Assembly: GCA_965603295.1 (NCBI GenBank)
Contig: CBFDCL010000001.1
Location: 506-64,505 of the forward strand
Direction: 5' to 3'
Source of the DNA: an uncultured bacterium
GTDB taxonomy: Bacteria; BMS3Abin14
DNA length: 64,000 nt
The notes beneath the pieces are model-generated. The model did no database searches, had not been told where the DNA came from, and was given only the letters and a program-made list of their open reading frames with translations. Numbering within the stretch: the stretch's first letter is position 1; every line of letters starts with the position of its first letter. Positions 48,336-58,026 of this stretch are shown here, one piece after another. The translations under genes were made by a program, and so were the position numbers.

Positions 48336-50678
48336 ATGTTTTTTCGAACGCGGTACCGGAACCTGTCCCTGGAGGTTTTAAAGGCCTTTCAGGTCTCCGC
48401 GGAACCCAGGGTCCAGCTGTTAAGGACCGCCCGCACCCTTGCGGCGACTCTCGGGGCGGATCTGTGCCAGATTCTCGTCAGGGGTTCTGCGTCCGACGGT
48501 TTTCAGCTAAGGGCATGGGCCGGGCCGGGAGTTCAGGGACCGGTTGAACCCGATTTGCCCCTTGAACAACACCTCCATCGTCTTGCTGTTTCCGGGGTGG
48601 TCCATCGCTGGTCCTCTGGAAAGGGCGGACCCCCTCCATTTCCCAGGGTTCAGGCGGAGGATCTCACGAGCGCCGTTGCGGTGCCCATCCTGTGGCGGCA
48701 CCGGCCGGTGGCCATTGTCGTTGCCGGTTTCGCTGATCGGAGCCGTGTCCCTCCCCGGATGGTTCGGGAGATCCAGGATCTTTCCGCATCCCTTGCTCCC
48801 CTTATCAGGGGCAGCCTTTCCAGACTTTACCAGATGCGCAAAAACGAGGCGGCGGGAGAACTCCTGAGGGTTTCAGAAGACCTCAGCCTTGCGGGGAACG
48901 TTCCCAGTTGTTTCGCCCGGATTGCCAGAGCCGCGGCTACTCTGACGGGATCGTCCGGATCCATGCTTCGGATGGAGGAAAGCTCGATCCTGAAAGTCAA
49001 GGCGTTTTTTGCCAGCGGGATGCCGGGGATAAAGGCTATCGGGGTCCCGAACGACTTTCCTTTCGCTGAGCGGGCCCTTAGAAGCGGTCGTTCCGTTGTT
49101 ATCGATCACCTTCACCGGGAAACCGGGGAAAATGGCGCTCCTGTCAGGCGAAACCTGTTGTGCGTTCCGTTCACCGACGGCAGCAGCCGAGGGGTTTTGA
49201 CCCTTTTCGATCGGGATGACGGCCATGGGGCCTCACCCTATTCCCGCCTCGAAAGGGAAACGGCAAGAGCGCTTCTCCGCGTGGGAATAATGTCCCTTCG
49301 TCACATCGGCAACGAGACCGAAGTGCTCAAGATATCCCGATCCCTCGAATGGCGGGTCAGGGAGCTGACCCTTCTGCACCAGATCAGCCGTGTGGCCCTC
49401 GATCACAGTGACCCAGAGGAGGTCCTGCGGTCCATCCTTGAAGCGGTTACCAACGTCGTGGGGTTCGGTTTCCATCGCGCTTTTCTATTCATGCATAATA
49501 TCGGGAAAAGTGTCCTCAAGGGCGCCATGGGTGTGGAAGCTCTTCCGGTTTCCGGGATCAACGCCCAGACCTCGAGCCCGGCGGATTCCTTTGGCATCAT
49601 TCACCAGAACATCGATGAGGTGGTTTCCGGTCTTGAAATCGCCGTAAAGCCGGGGGGCGGGGTTCTGTCGAGGGCGGTCCTCGAGCGCAAGTCTTTCAGG
49701 ATGAGGATACCGGGGGACCACAATCTGCTGGGTTCCGATGTGATAACGCAGCTGGGCAACGTCCAGGGTTTCGCGGTGGCCCCCCTTCTTTCCGACGAGG
49801 CTGTGCTCGGTGTGATCTGGGTGGATAATTACAGGACTATGCGCCCCATCCGGTTGGACGATTTCCGTCTGCTCGTGACCGCGGCGGCTCAGGCAGCGCT
49901 GGCCATGGAAAGGTCGTCCCGTGCCCAGGCCGTGGATCTTTTGAGCAGTAAACTCCTCGATCTTCAGAACCAGCTTATCCAGTGGGAAAAGATGGCTGCC
50001 CTGGGAGAGATGGCCGCCTCCGTTGCTCACGACATCAGGAACCCCCTGGTTTCCATCGGGGGGTTTGCCCGCAGGCTGAAGAGGCAGCTTTCCGGGGATC
50101 ACAAAGGGAGCAGATACGCCGAAGTTATCATCCAGGAAGTGGATCGGCTCGAGCGGACACTGGAAAACGTCATGTCCTACACGCGCACTTACGGGATGAC
50201 AGAAAGAAAGCCCTCCAGGCTTTACGCCCTGCTGTCGGAGTGCGCTGAACTCTTCAGTGAGAATTTCAGGAAGAAACAGGTTGTGCTAAAGCGGCAGTTC
50301 GAGAGGGATATCCCGGAGATCCTGCTTGATGAACGCCAGATCAAGCAGGCGGTGATCAATATCCTGTTTAATGCCGGGGAGGCCGTACCGGAGGGGAGCG
50401 AAGTGAGGCTGTCAGCACGCGTGGGGAAGACCGAGCAGGGTGATTTTATTGTCATTGATATCTCCGACGAAGGTCAGGGCATCACCGACGGAGATCTCAA
50501 AAAGGTTTTTCAGCCGTTTTTCACCACGAAGGCCAGCGGTACCGGTCTGGGGCTCGCCATTGCCCAACGAGCCGTATCCGGGCACGGCGGCGAAATTCGG
50601 GTGGACAATCGATGTGGTGAAGGGGTAACTTTCAGCATATATCTGCCTTTAGCCCCTTGGACTCCAGCGGAAGAGTAA
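48336..50678 (+). CDS. sensor histidine kinase with tandem GAF domains
   Basis: H-box (VAHDIRNPLVSIGGF); N, G1, G2 boxes. Confidence 0.8.
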   Translation: MFFRTRYRNLSLEVLKAFQVSAEPRVQLLRTARTLAATLGADLCQILVRGSASDGFQLRAWAGPGVQGPVEPDLPLEQHLHRLAVSGVVHRWSSGKGGPPPFPRVQAEDLTSAVAVPILWRHRPVAIVVAGFADRSRVPPRMVREIQDLSASLAPLIRGSLSRLYQMRKNEAAGELLRVSEDLSLAGNVPSCFARIARAAATLTGSSGSMLRMEESSILKVKAFFASGMPGIKAIGVPNDFPFAERALRSGRSVVIDHLHRETGENGAPVRRNLLCVPFTDGSSRGVLTLFDRDDGHGASPYSRLERETARALLRVGIMSLRHIGNETEVLKISRSLEWRVRELTLLHQISRVALDHSDPEEVLRSILEAVTNVVGFGFHRAFLFMHNIGKSVLKGAMGVEALPVSGINAQTSSPADSFGIIHQNIDEVVSGLEIAVKPGGGVLSRAVLERKSFRMRIPGDHNLLGSDVITQLGNVQGFAVAPLLSDEAVLGVIWVDNYRTMRPIRLDDFRLLVTAAAQAALAMERSSRAQAVDLLSSKLLDLQNQLIQWEKMAALGEMAASVAHDIRNPLVSIGGFARRLKRQLSGDHKGSRYAEVIIQEVDRLERTLENVMSYTRTYGMTERKPSRLYALLSECAELFSENFRKKQVVLKRQFERDIPEILLDERQIKQAVINILFNAGEAVPEGSEVRLSARVGKTEQGDFIVIDISDEGQGITDGDLKKVFQPFFTTKASGTGLGLAIAQRAVSGHGGEIRVDNRCGEGVTFSIYLPLAPWTPAEE

Positions 50679-50684
50679 ACGATC

Positions 50685-51062
50685 ATGACCAGCGAGGAGC
50701 ACAGAAAAACGGTCCTCGTCGTGGACGACGAGGAAAGTGTCCGCTTCCTGTACAAGGAAGAACTCGAGGAGGACGGTTACCGTGTCATCACGGCGGCCGA
50801 TGGTGATGAGGCTCTCCACAAGGTTAAGGTGGACCGGCCGGATCTGATCACCCTCGACATACGGATGCCGGGAATGGACGGTATTGAGGTCCTCCACCTG
50901 ATCAGGGAAATGGACAAGGAAATCCCGGTGATCATGTCCACGGCCTACGGGGAGTACAGGAACGATTTCAACATCTGGGCTTCGGACGCTTATGTTGTCA
51001 AGACAGCCAACCTCGATGAGTTGAAAAAGAACATCCGGCGGCTCCTTGGTGATGATGATTGA
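50685..51062 (+). CDS. single-domain response regulator (CheY-like)
   Basis: REC domain with DD...D...T...K residues (VLVVDDE, LITLDIRMP). Confidence 0.8.
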   Translation: MTSEEHRKTVLVVDDEESVRFLYKEELEEDGYRVITAADGDEALHKVKVDRPDLITLDIRMPGMDGIEVLHLIREMDKEIPVIMSTAYGEYRNDFNIWASDAYVVKTANLDELKKNIRRLLGDDD

Positions 51063-52086
51063 CAGGTTCCCGGATTCCCTTCCGGGGTGTTCCCGTTTCC
51101 CCCGAATATTCTGCCTTCTGATCACGGTTATCTTTCTGGTTTCCGGGTGTTCCGGTTCGCGAAAGCCCGTTCGTGAGACCCGCTTCCTGATGGGGACCCT
51201 CGTCGATGTGATCGCCTACGGGGACCAGGAAACGGCCGCCGAGGCGGTGGGCCGGGCCTTCGAAAGGATGGCGGAGGTGGAAGAGGCATCTCATAGTAAG
51301 GGCTTGGGTTCCCTTCTTGGGGCCATCAGGGACGGAAAGGGTGCCCTTCTTACCGGTGATGCCGCTCTCGTCATGGAAACGGCCCTGTCCGTCGCTGTGG
51401 CCAGTTCGGGGGCTTTTGATCCCACTCTGGGGGAACTGGTGGAACTGTGGGGGATCGCCACCGGTCATCCGGAAGTGCCCGATGACGAGAAGATCAAAGA
51501 GGCCCTTTCCCGTTCCGGGTACCAAAGGATCCCGGAGACAGGGTGCTGTCCCGATGGGATGAAGGTGTGGCTGGACCTGGGCGGTGTGGCCAAAGGGTAC
51601 GCGGTGGATGAAGCGGTCAAAGTGCTGAAGGAGGCGGGGGTCCCCTCGGGGATCGTTAACGCGGGCGGGGATCTGAGGTCCTTCGGTCAAAAGCCGGGGA
51701 AAATTCCCTGGAAGATCGGGATCCAGAATCCCGATGACCCTCAGGATCTGGCGGGGGTCCTGGATGTTAACGAGGTCTCCGTCGCGACCTCGGGGGATTA
51801 TCAGCGATACTTTGAGGTGAGCGGTGTCCGGTATCACCATATCCTCGATTCGACCACCGGACATCCCGCACGGTCAGGGGTCCGCAGTGTGACAGTCCTC
51901 ACGGATGACTGCGCTCTTGCCGATGCCCTGGCCACAGCCGCTTTCGTGATGGGTCCCGAAAGGGGCCTGGGTCTGCTGGAGGCCTGGGAAGATGTGGAGG
52001 GGATCATCATTTCCCAGGACGGTACCTATCACCTGACGTTGGGCATAGGAACGAAGATCCCGTTTGAGAAGCGAATTGAGGATTGA
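51052..52086 (+). CDS. apbE: FAD:protein FMN transferase ApbE (lipoprotein)
   Basis: Lipobox (LVSGCSG); ApbE motifs (DLGGVAKGYAVD, GGD); the stop codon lies inside a GAGGATTGAG repeat. Confidence 0.8.
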   Translation: MMIDRFPDSLPGCSRFPRIFCLLITVIFLVSGCSGSRKPVRETRFLMGTLVDVIAYGDQETAAEAVGRAFERMAEVEEASHSKGLGSLLGAIRDGKGALLTGDAALVMETALSVAVASSGAFDPTLGELVELWGIATGHPEVPDDEKIKEALSRSGYQRIPETGCCPDGMKVWLDLGGVAKGYAVDEAVKVLKEAGVPSGIVNAGGDLRSFGQKPGKIPWKIGIQNPDDPQDLAGVLDVNEVSVATSGDYQRYFEVSGVRYHHILDSTTGHPARSGVRSVTVLTDDCALADALATAAFVMGPERGLGLLEAWEDVEGIIISQDGTYHLTLGIGTKIPFEKRIED

Positions 52087-52324
52087 GAATTGAGAGTTGA
52101 GGATTGAGAAAAAAGTTTGAAAGTTTGAGAGTTTGAGGTTTGAAGTTGTGAATTCAGGAGACAGGAGCCAGAATCCAGAAGGCAGCATTTCTTTGGCCTT
52201 TGGGCATTGGGCTTTGGGCTGTTCTTCCAATCACCAATCACTGGTCACAAATCACCGAAATTTTCTTGGATCTTGGATCTGTTTTGAAATTTGGAATTTG
52301 AAATTGCCTTTTGAGATTTGAGAT

Positions 52325-52717
52325 ATGAGGTCTGAAATAGGAACTCGATCCATTCGCCTGACCCGTCCCCGATGGGCGGACGGGGTCCTGCTGGTCCTCC
52401 TGATCGCCCTGACGTTCCTTCCCCCACGGTTGATCCCGGCCGGTCCCAAAGGCGACACCCTCGTGGTCAGGACGTCGGGGTCCGTTTTTGAGGTGGATCT
52501 TACCGATGAAGGGCCCCATCCCATCGATGGCCCGCTGGGAGAGGCTGTCCTCATGGTCCGGGACGGGAAGGCCTGGCTTCAGAACGCTCCCTGTCCGCTC
52601 AAGATCTGCGAGGGGATGGGCCCCATTGACGAGTCCGGCGAGATCATCCTGTGCCTGCCGAACCGGATTCATATTCAGGTAGCAGGGAGCGGTGGTGTTG
52701 ATGCGATCTCCCGGTAG
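52325..52717 (+). CDS. NusG domain II-containing membrane protein
   Basis: N-terminal TM helix plus small beta domain; family call from memory only. Confidence 0.45.
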   Translation: MRSEIGTRSIRLTRPRWADGVLLVLLIALTFLPPRLIPAGPKGDTLVVRTSGSVFEVDLTDEGPHPIDGPLGEAVLMVRDGKAWLQNAPCPLKICEGMGPIDESGEIILCLPNRIHIQVAGSGGVDAISR

Positions 52718-53222
52718 GATCGCCGCCCTGGCGCTGATGGTGGCGGGTGCTTTCGCTCTGGCTTCCCTCGAGAGGGCTCTGCCAAACCCCTTTCCCATGG
52801 TGCGTCTGGGCCTGGGAAACATCATGACCCTCGTGGCTTTCACCACGATGGGGGTCTCGGCCGGGGTGTGGGTGGCCGTCGGCAGAGTAAGTTTGGTGGC
52901 TCTGCTCTGGGGGGGGCTCATCGGGCCGACGGCGGTCCTGTCGGCCTCTGGGGCGGCCGCAAGCCTCCTTGTCATGATCCCACTTCTGCTCGCTGGGCGC
53001 TTCAGCCTCTACGGTGTCAGCCTGGGAGGCGCCTACGCTCATGTCCTCGGGCAGCTGCTTGTCGCTTCCCTGCTCTACGTCAGGTCCCCCGCGCTCCTGG
53101 TCCTCCTCCCGGTCATGGGGGCCGCGGCCATCGTGACAGGAGTCGTCAATGCCTGGGCGGCGGGGAAACTGATTGCCTATCTTCCCGGCAATTTCAGTTC
53201 AGAAAGGCCGTCCAAGGTCTAA
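52692..53222 (+). CDS. Gx transporter family protein (heptaprenyl-diphosphate-synthase component I-like)
   Basis: Small 5-6 TM protein; typical partner of NusG_II proteins. Confidence 0.5.
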   Translation: MVLMRSPGRIAALALMVAGAFALASLERALPNPFPMVRLGLGNIMTLVAFTTMGVSAGVWVAVGRVSLVALLWGGLIGPTAVLSASGAAASLLVMIPLLLAGRFSLYGVSLGGAYAHVLGQLLVASLLYVRSPALLVLLPVMGAAAIVTGVVNAWAAGKLIAYLPGNFSSERPSKV

Positions 53223-53328
53223 CGTTTAACGTCCAACGGAAAAGCGGTGATCGGTAATTAGTGATTGGTGATTGGATGGTAACCCAAGGGAAAATACGTT
53301 AAACGTTTAACGTTGAACGTGGAAAGCT

Positions 53329-53910
53329 GTGTTGCGGATCATGATCAAGCGCTGCCAGTGGGTCGAAAACGCCAGCCCCGAGATGGTTGCCTACCACGAT
53401 GAGGAGTGGGGCGTCCCCGTCCGCGATGACCGGAAACTGTTCGAAATGCTCTCTCTCGGAGGTGCCCAGGCGGGACTATCCTGGGAGATCGTTTTCAGGA
53501 AACGCGCCGGGTACCGGAAACTGTTTCACGATTTCGACATGAAAAAGTGTGCCCGGATGACCGATGCTTACATCGAAAATATCCTCAAAGACCCCGCCAT
53601 TATCCGTAACCGTCTGAAGGTCAACTCGGTTCGAAAAAACGCCAGAGCAGTTCTTGAGGTGATCGAAGAGTTCGGTTCCTTCTCTGACCTGCTATGGAGC
53701 TTTGTCGGCGGCAAGCCCATCGTGAACCGGATCCGGGAGATTTCGGATATCCCGATCACATCCCCTGAGAGCGACGCCATGAGTAAAGAGCTGAAAAAAC
53801 GGGGTTTTTCCTTCGTGGGCAGCACTATCTGCTACGCTTTCATGCAGGGAGTGGGAATGGTGAACGACCACGAGGTGGGGTGTCGATGTTTTGAGGAGTT
53901 GACTGCCTGA
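53329..53910 (+). CDS. tag: DNA-3-methyladenine glycosylase I
   Basis: RCQW...YHDEEWGVP...DDRKLFEMLSLGGAQAGLSWEIVFRKRAGYR signature and zinc site. Confidence 0.85.
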   Translation: MLRIMIKRCQWVENASPEMVAYHDEEWGVPVRDDRKLFEMLSLGGAQAGLSWEIVFRKRAGYRKLFHDFDMKKCARMTDAYIENILKDPAIIRNRLKVNSVRKNARAVLEVIEEFGSFSDLLWSFVGGKPIVNRIREISDIPITSPESDAMSKELKKRGFSFVGSTICYAFMQGVGMVNDHEVGCRCFEELTA

Positions 53911-54123
53911 CGTTCGGAGATTGAGGGCTGCAAGCCACAGGATCAGCTACATCATGGGGCAACCTTGGGGGCAGAGCTTTCCCCCTTGCTCTTTAGAGCT
54001 CCGGAGGACAAGCAAATTCTCAGGTTTTCATTAATTAAAAAATAAAAAAGATTCCCTGTAGTTCCTTTCAGTCACGCTTGAGATCGCTTCGGTCGGGTTA
54101 ACCTCGCGATGACTGCGCTGGGC

Positions 54124-54200
54124 AACTTCAAACCTAAAACATCCAACCAATCACCAATCACGGTTTTTATTCTCAATTCTCAATCCTCAATTCTCAATTT
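54124..54200. repeat. composite heptamer element in reverse-complement orientation (F'-H'-E')
   Basis: caacttcaaacctaaaac / ccaatcaccaatcacgg / ttctcaattctcaatcctcaattctcaa; overlaps the pgeF stop. Confidence 0.7.
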
Positions 54201-54921
54201 TTCTCCCCCTGGCCTTGATGAACGACACCATCCTCTCCCCGTCCCTCCTTGCCCGCCAGGACCAGAACCGGTCTTCGTCACAGGATGTGCATCCAGGGAT
54301 CCTTTCAATGGAACCAGGTGGAATCCCCACGGCAAGTAGCTGGTTTTTCGCCCCTGACGCCAGGTCAAGGTACAGCCCGTTCCCCCGCCGTTGGCAGGGA
54401 CCCTCTGCCCCTGAACCGGGGCAAAGCGTTTTTTGGACATCCTTCCCCACCTCGTAGCAGCACGGGCCGATGGAGGGCCCGAGGGCGGCCACGAGCCCCC
54501 CCGGCTTCGAACCCGTCAGTTTTAGCAGGGCCCTCGTCCCTTTGGCGGCGAGACCAAGGGCCAGGCTGCGCCACCCGCAGTGGATGGCGGCCACTGCGCC
54601 TGTGGACGGATCCCCCACCAGGATGGGAAGACAGTCCGCCGTTCGGATGCCGAGGGGGACTTCCGGAATGTCCGTTACAAGGGCATCCCCTTCGTCGAAA
54701 CGAAACGGCTCCTCCGGGAGGTCTCGCACCACGAGATCAGGGTTTTCTCCGTGCTCAGCGCCCGGCGCCCTGCGCCCTGCGGTCAACACCACAATCCTCT
54801 CCCCGTGGACCTGTTTCAGAATATGAACATTTCCAGGGAGATCGACGGGTGTCGACAGCCTCATTCCGAAACCGTGGTCAAAACCGGCCCGGGTCAGCGT
54901 TGGCGACCGCAGGACCGTCAT
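54187..54921 (-). CDS. pgeF: purine nucleoside phosphorylase / laccase-domain protein PgeF (YfiH)
   Basis: His/Cys triad motifs (HGxxI, TADCLPIL, HCGWRS); the last 5 codons are encoded by a GAGAATT repeat. Confidence 0.75.
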   Translation of the reverse strand: MTVLRSPTLTRAGFDHGFGMRLSTPVDLPGNVHILKQVHGERIVVLTAGRRAPGAEHGENPDLVVRDLPEEPFRFDEGDALVTDIPEVPLGIRTADCLPILVGDPSTGAVAAIHCGWRSLALGLAAKGTRALLKLTGSKPGGLVAALGPSIGPCCYEVGKDVQKTLCPGSGAEGPCQRRGNGLYLDLASGAKNQLLAVGIPPGSIERIPGCTSCDEDRFWSWRARRDGERMVSFIKARGRKIEN

Positions 54922-55871
54922 GATGTCTCACCCCTGATCCACTGGAACAGGCTGGCCAGATCCTCGGGGGGAGGGGACTCAAAGGCCATCCGTTCCCCGG
55001 AGGACGGATGGTCGAAATGGAGTTCCAGGGCGTGAAGGGCGGGCCGGGTCAGAGCCCGCGCCAGGGAGCCTCCCCGGCCAGCACCCCGGTGCAGCGATCG
55101 CGTGGATCCTCCGTAGGTTGTGTCTCCCAGAATGGGGTGCCCGATGGAAGACAGATGGACCCTGAGCTGATGGGTCCTGCCCGTTCCCGGCGAAAGCTTC
55201 ACCAGACTGATCCCTGAGCGCCTCGCGATGACCCTGTATTCTGTTAGGGCCCTCCGACCGTCCTCCCGGACCCCGATCCGCTTGCGGTCCTTCGTGTGGC
55301 GTGCCAGCGGTTTTTCGATAAGCCCGGTGTCACTTCCCAACTCACCCTTGACGGCCGCGAGGTAAACCCGGCTGATTGTGTGATCCTTGAACTGTCTGGC
55401 AAGAGCATGGTGAGACAGGTCATTTTTTGCCGCCACCATGACGCCGGATGTCCCCTTGTCGAGCCTGTGGACGATCCCGGGCCTGGTAACCCCTCCGATG
55501 CCGGAAAGGTCCCGGCAGTGATGCAGAAGGGCGTTGACCAGCGTCCCCGAGGAGTGCCCATGGGCCGGGTGGACGACCATGTGCGGCGGCTTGTCGATGA
55601 CGATGAGATGGGCGTCCTCGTAAAGGATGGTCAGAGGGATCTGTTCCGGGATGGTTCCGGACGGTTCAGGAGCGGGAACGTCGATGATGATCGTGTTTCC
55701 GGGCCGGAGGAGAACGCCGGCCTTGGGCGGCAGGTCATCAAGAAGCACATGTCCGCCATCGATGAGTTTTCTGATGCGGGAACGGGACAGTTCGGAAAGA
55801 TGCCGGGCGAGGAAAACGTCCAGACGCTCACCCGATTCCTCAGAGGTCACGGTAAAACGGGATCTCCCCAT
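54918..55871 (-). CDS. rluD: 23S rRNA pseudouridine synthase, RluD subfamily
   Basis: S4 domain plus RluA catalytic motif (HRLDKGTSGVMV). Confidence 0.8.
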   Translation of the reverse strand: MGRSRFTVTSEESGERLDVFLARHLSELSRSRIRKLIDGGHVLLDDLPPKAGVLLRPGNTIIIDVPAPEPSGTIPEQIPLTILYEDAHLIVIDKPPHMVVHPAHGHSSGTLVNALLHHCRDLSGIGGVTRPGIVHRLDKGTSGVMVAAKNDLSHHALARQFKDHTISRVYLAAVKGELGSDTGLIEKPLARHTKDRKRIGVREDGRRALTEYRVIARRSGISLVKLSPGTGRTHQLRVHLSSIGHPILGDTTYGGSTRSLHRGAGRGGSLARALTRPALHALELHFDHPSSGERMAFESPPPEDLASLFQWIRGETS

Positions 55872-55879
55872 GGGGAGGG

Positions 55880-56150
55880 TTACCAGATGTCGGAATCGAT
55901 GTCCCCGAAGCGTTTGACCAGGACGTCCACGATGGCCCTGTTATAGGGAACCCATCTCCCGGGCATTTCGGGGTCGACCCGTGACTCGTAAAGCTTCCGC
56001 CCTTCCTCCAACTGGTCGGCTATATCCGTGAACAGGGAATCGTTTTTTATGCTCTTCCGTATTTTTTCCTGGTTGTAAAGGGCGATGTCGGACATGATGG
56101 TTCGCGCAAGCCTATCGGCGTCCTTGACGTTGTTGATGAGCGTCATCCGG
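55880..56150 (-). CDS. small hypothetical protein (~89 aa)
   Basis: Start at MTLINNV; the remainder of the ORF-track frame is Arg/Gly-rich and looks non-coding. Confidence 0.35.
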
Positions 56151-56565
56151 TTGTCCTCCCGCTCTCGAGAACTCTGGAAATAAACGGTGCCGGAGCCATT
56201 CTCTTCCTGTCCAGGACGAAAAGCCAGGTAAAGGCCAGTGCCAGTCCAACCACACATCCGATGATAGCCCCGGTATCCGTTCCGGAACGGGACCAGCCGA
56301 TGGCGGCCCCGGCAACGGCGGCTACCGCTGGCATAAGATAGGCCGAGGCTGAGGCTTTCAGAAGCTCCTCGGGGGGGAGGGAAATGATCACTTTGTCTCC
56401 GGCCTGAGCTCCTGCAGTGTTGAGAACCTCCATCTCCATGATTTTGCTGGAGGTGGGATGGCAAATATGCTGGGCGCTGCAAGCCCCACAGGCTTCGGAT
56501 CGAGTCAGTGTCACCCTCGCCCGGTTCCCTTCTGTAGCTATGACGGAAGCGGTTTCCTCAAGCAT
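56143..56565 (-). CDS. rseC: RseC/MucC-family protein (sigma-E positive regulator / SoxR-reducing system component)
   Basis: N-terminal Cys pair (CGACSAQHIC) and two C-terminal TM helices. Confidence 0.6.
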   Translation of the reverse strand: MLEETASVIATEGNRARVTLTRSEACGACSAQHICHPTSSKIMEMEVLNTAGAQAGDKVIISLPPEELLKASASAYLMPAVAAVAGAAIGWSRSGTDTGAIIGCVVGLALAFTWLFVLDRKRMAPAPFISRVLESGRTTG

Positions 56566-56732
56566 CTTCCCACCCTAAGTGACCCGTACGGGAAAATCAA
56601 GGGGGCTTGTCATTTTCACCGTGGCTTGAAGTGGCGGGAATCCCGCCACTTCAAGCCCTCAAACTTCAAACAGAGTTCTCCACGTTTAACGTTGAACGTT
56701 GAACGTGATTCCAACTTCAAACTCTCAAACTC

Positions 56733-57650
56733 TCAAACTTGGAATTTCTCCCCCGTGAGCAGTTCGAACGCCTCCACGTATTTCCCCCTCGTTTTACCCA
56801 CAATATCGTCCGGGAGAGTGGGGGCTGGCGGCGTTTTGTTCCAGTTCAGATCCTCCAGGTAGTCCCGGACAAACTGTTTGTCGAAGCTTTCGGGGCTTGT
56901 TCCCACCTTGTACGTGGAAGCCGGCCAGAACCGGGAGGAGTCGGGTGTCAGCACTTCGTCGATCAGGAGCAATCCCCCGTCGATGGCCCCGAATTCGAAC
57001 TTGGTGTCGGAGATGATGATGCCTCGCTGCCTGGCGAAAGCAGCGGCTTTTTCATAGACGGCGATAGTGATCTCCTTAAGCTTTATGAGGGTTTGGGCCC
57101 CAACTGTTTCCGCGGCTTGGGCGAAGGAGATGTTCTCATCATGTCCCGTGTGGGCTTTTCTGGCAGGGGTGAAGATGGTTTCTTCCAGTTTCTGTGCCTG
57201 TTGCAGGCCGTCGGGGAGGGGGATGCCGCACACTTCCCCCGATTCCCGGTAATCGTTCCATCCGGTTCCCGCCAGGTACCCCCTTGCCACACATTCCACC
57301 GGGAAGGGATCCGTCTTCCGGACCAGCATGCTTCTACCCTCCAGCAGCGGGGCGTGTTTCTGAAGGGAAGGAGGGTAATCCTCCACCTTGGCGGAAACAA
57401 GATGGTTTTTCACGATGTCCTCGGTGAAACGGAACCAGAAAAGTGACATCTGTGTCAGGATCTTCCCTTTGTCAGGAATCCCGTTGGGCATAATCACGTC
57501 GAAGGCGGAGATCCGGTCCGTGGCTACGATCAGGAGGTGCTCGCCCAGGTCGTAAACATCGCGAACCTTGCCCCGTCGAAAAAGGAGAACCCCCGGAAGA
57601 TCGGTTTTCACTACCGTTTTTCTGTTCTCAGTACTGTTTTCCCGTTTCAT
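56733..57650 (-). CDS. purC: phosphoribosylaminoimidazole-succinocarboxamide synthase
   Basis: Long-form PurC (RGKVRDVYD, ATDRISAFD); start MKRENST at 57650 with AGGAGAG RBS. Confidence 0.85.
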   Translation of the reverse strand: MKRENSTENRKTVVKTDLPGVLLFRRGKVRDVYDLGEHLLIVATDRISAFDVIMPNGIPDKGKILTQMSLFWFRFTEDIVKNHLVSAKVEDYPPSLQKHAPLLEGRSMLVRKTDPFPVECVARGYLAGTGWNDYRESGEVCGIPLPDGLQQAQKLEETIFTPARKAHTGHDENISFAQAAETVGAQTLIKLKEITIAVYEKAAAFARQRGIIISDTKFEFGAIDGGLLLIDEVLTPDSSRFWPASTYKVGTSPESFDKQFVRDYLEDLNWNKTPPAPTLPDDIVGKTRGKYVEAFELLTGEKFQV

Positions 57651-58026
57651 TGCCCTCTCCTGGTTTTGCGAACGGGTCACCCCGGCATCTGGCGGAGAAA
57701 ATGAAAAAATACAGCAAGTGCAGAAGGTTTGCAACGAGGCGACAGTCGGAGGGGCTTGTAAGCAGTGCACGGTGTCTGGTATCTAGAAGAGAAGTTGGTT
57801 GGAGTTTGAGAGTTTGAGAGTTTGAAAGTTGCAGGTCAGTGCAGAGTGTAAAGTGCATCCCCCTTCGCCAAGGCTACGGGGGACAGGGGGTGCAGAGGGG
57901 AAAGTCCGACGCGGAGACACGATGACGCGGGGACGCGGAGGAAGACCGAGATTTGAAGTTTGATGTTTGAAGTTGGAAACACGTTCAACGTTCAACGTGT
58001 TCTTCTTGAATCTTGAATCTTGAATC

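Noticed and set aside
57885-57915. RNase P RNA P4-like motif (gaggggaaagtccgacgcgg)
   Set aside because: Lacks the downstream GGGCUCC and the distal ACAGAACCCGGCUUA P4 partner. The region is a (GACGCGG)n repeat.
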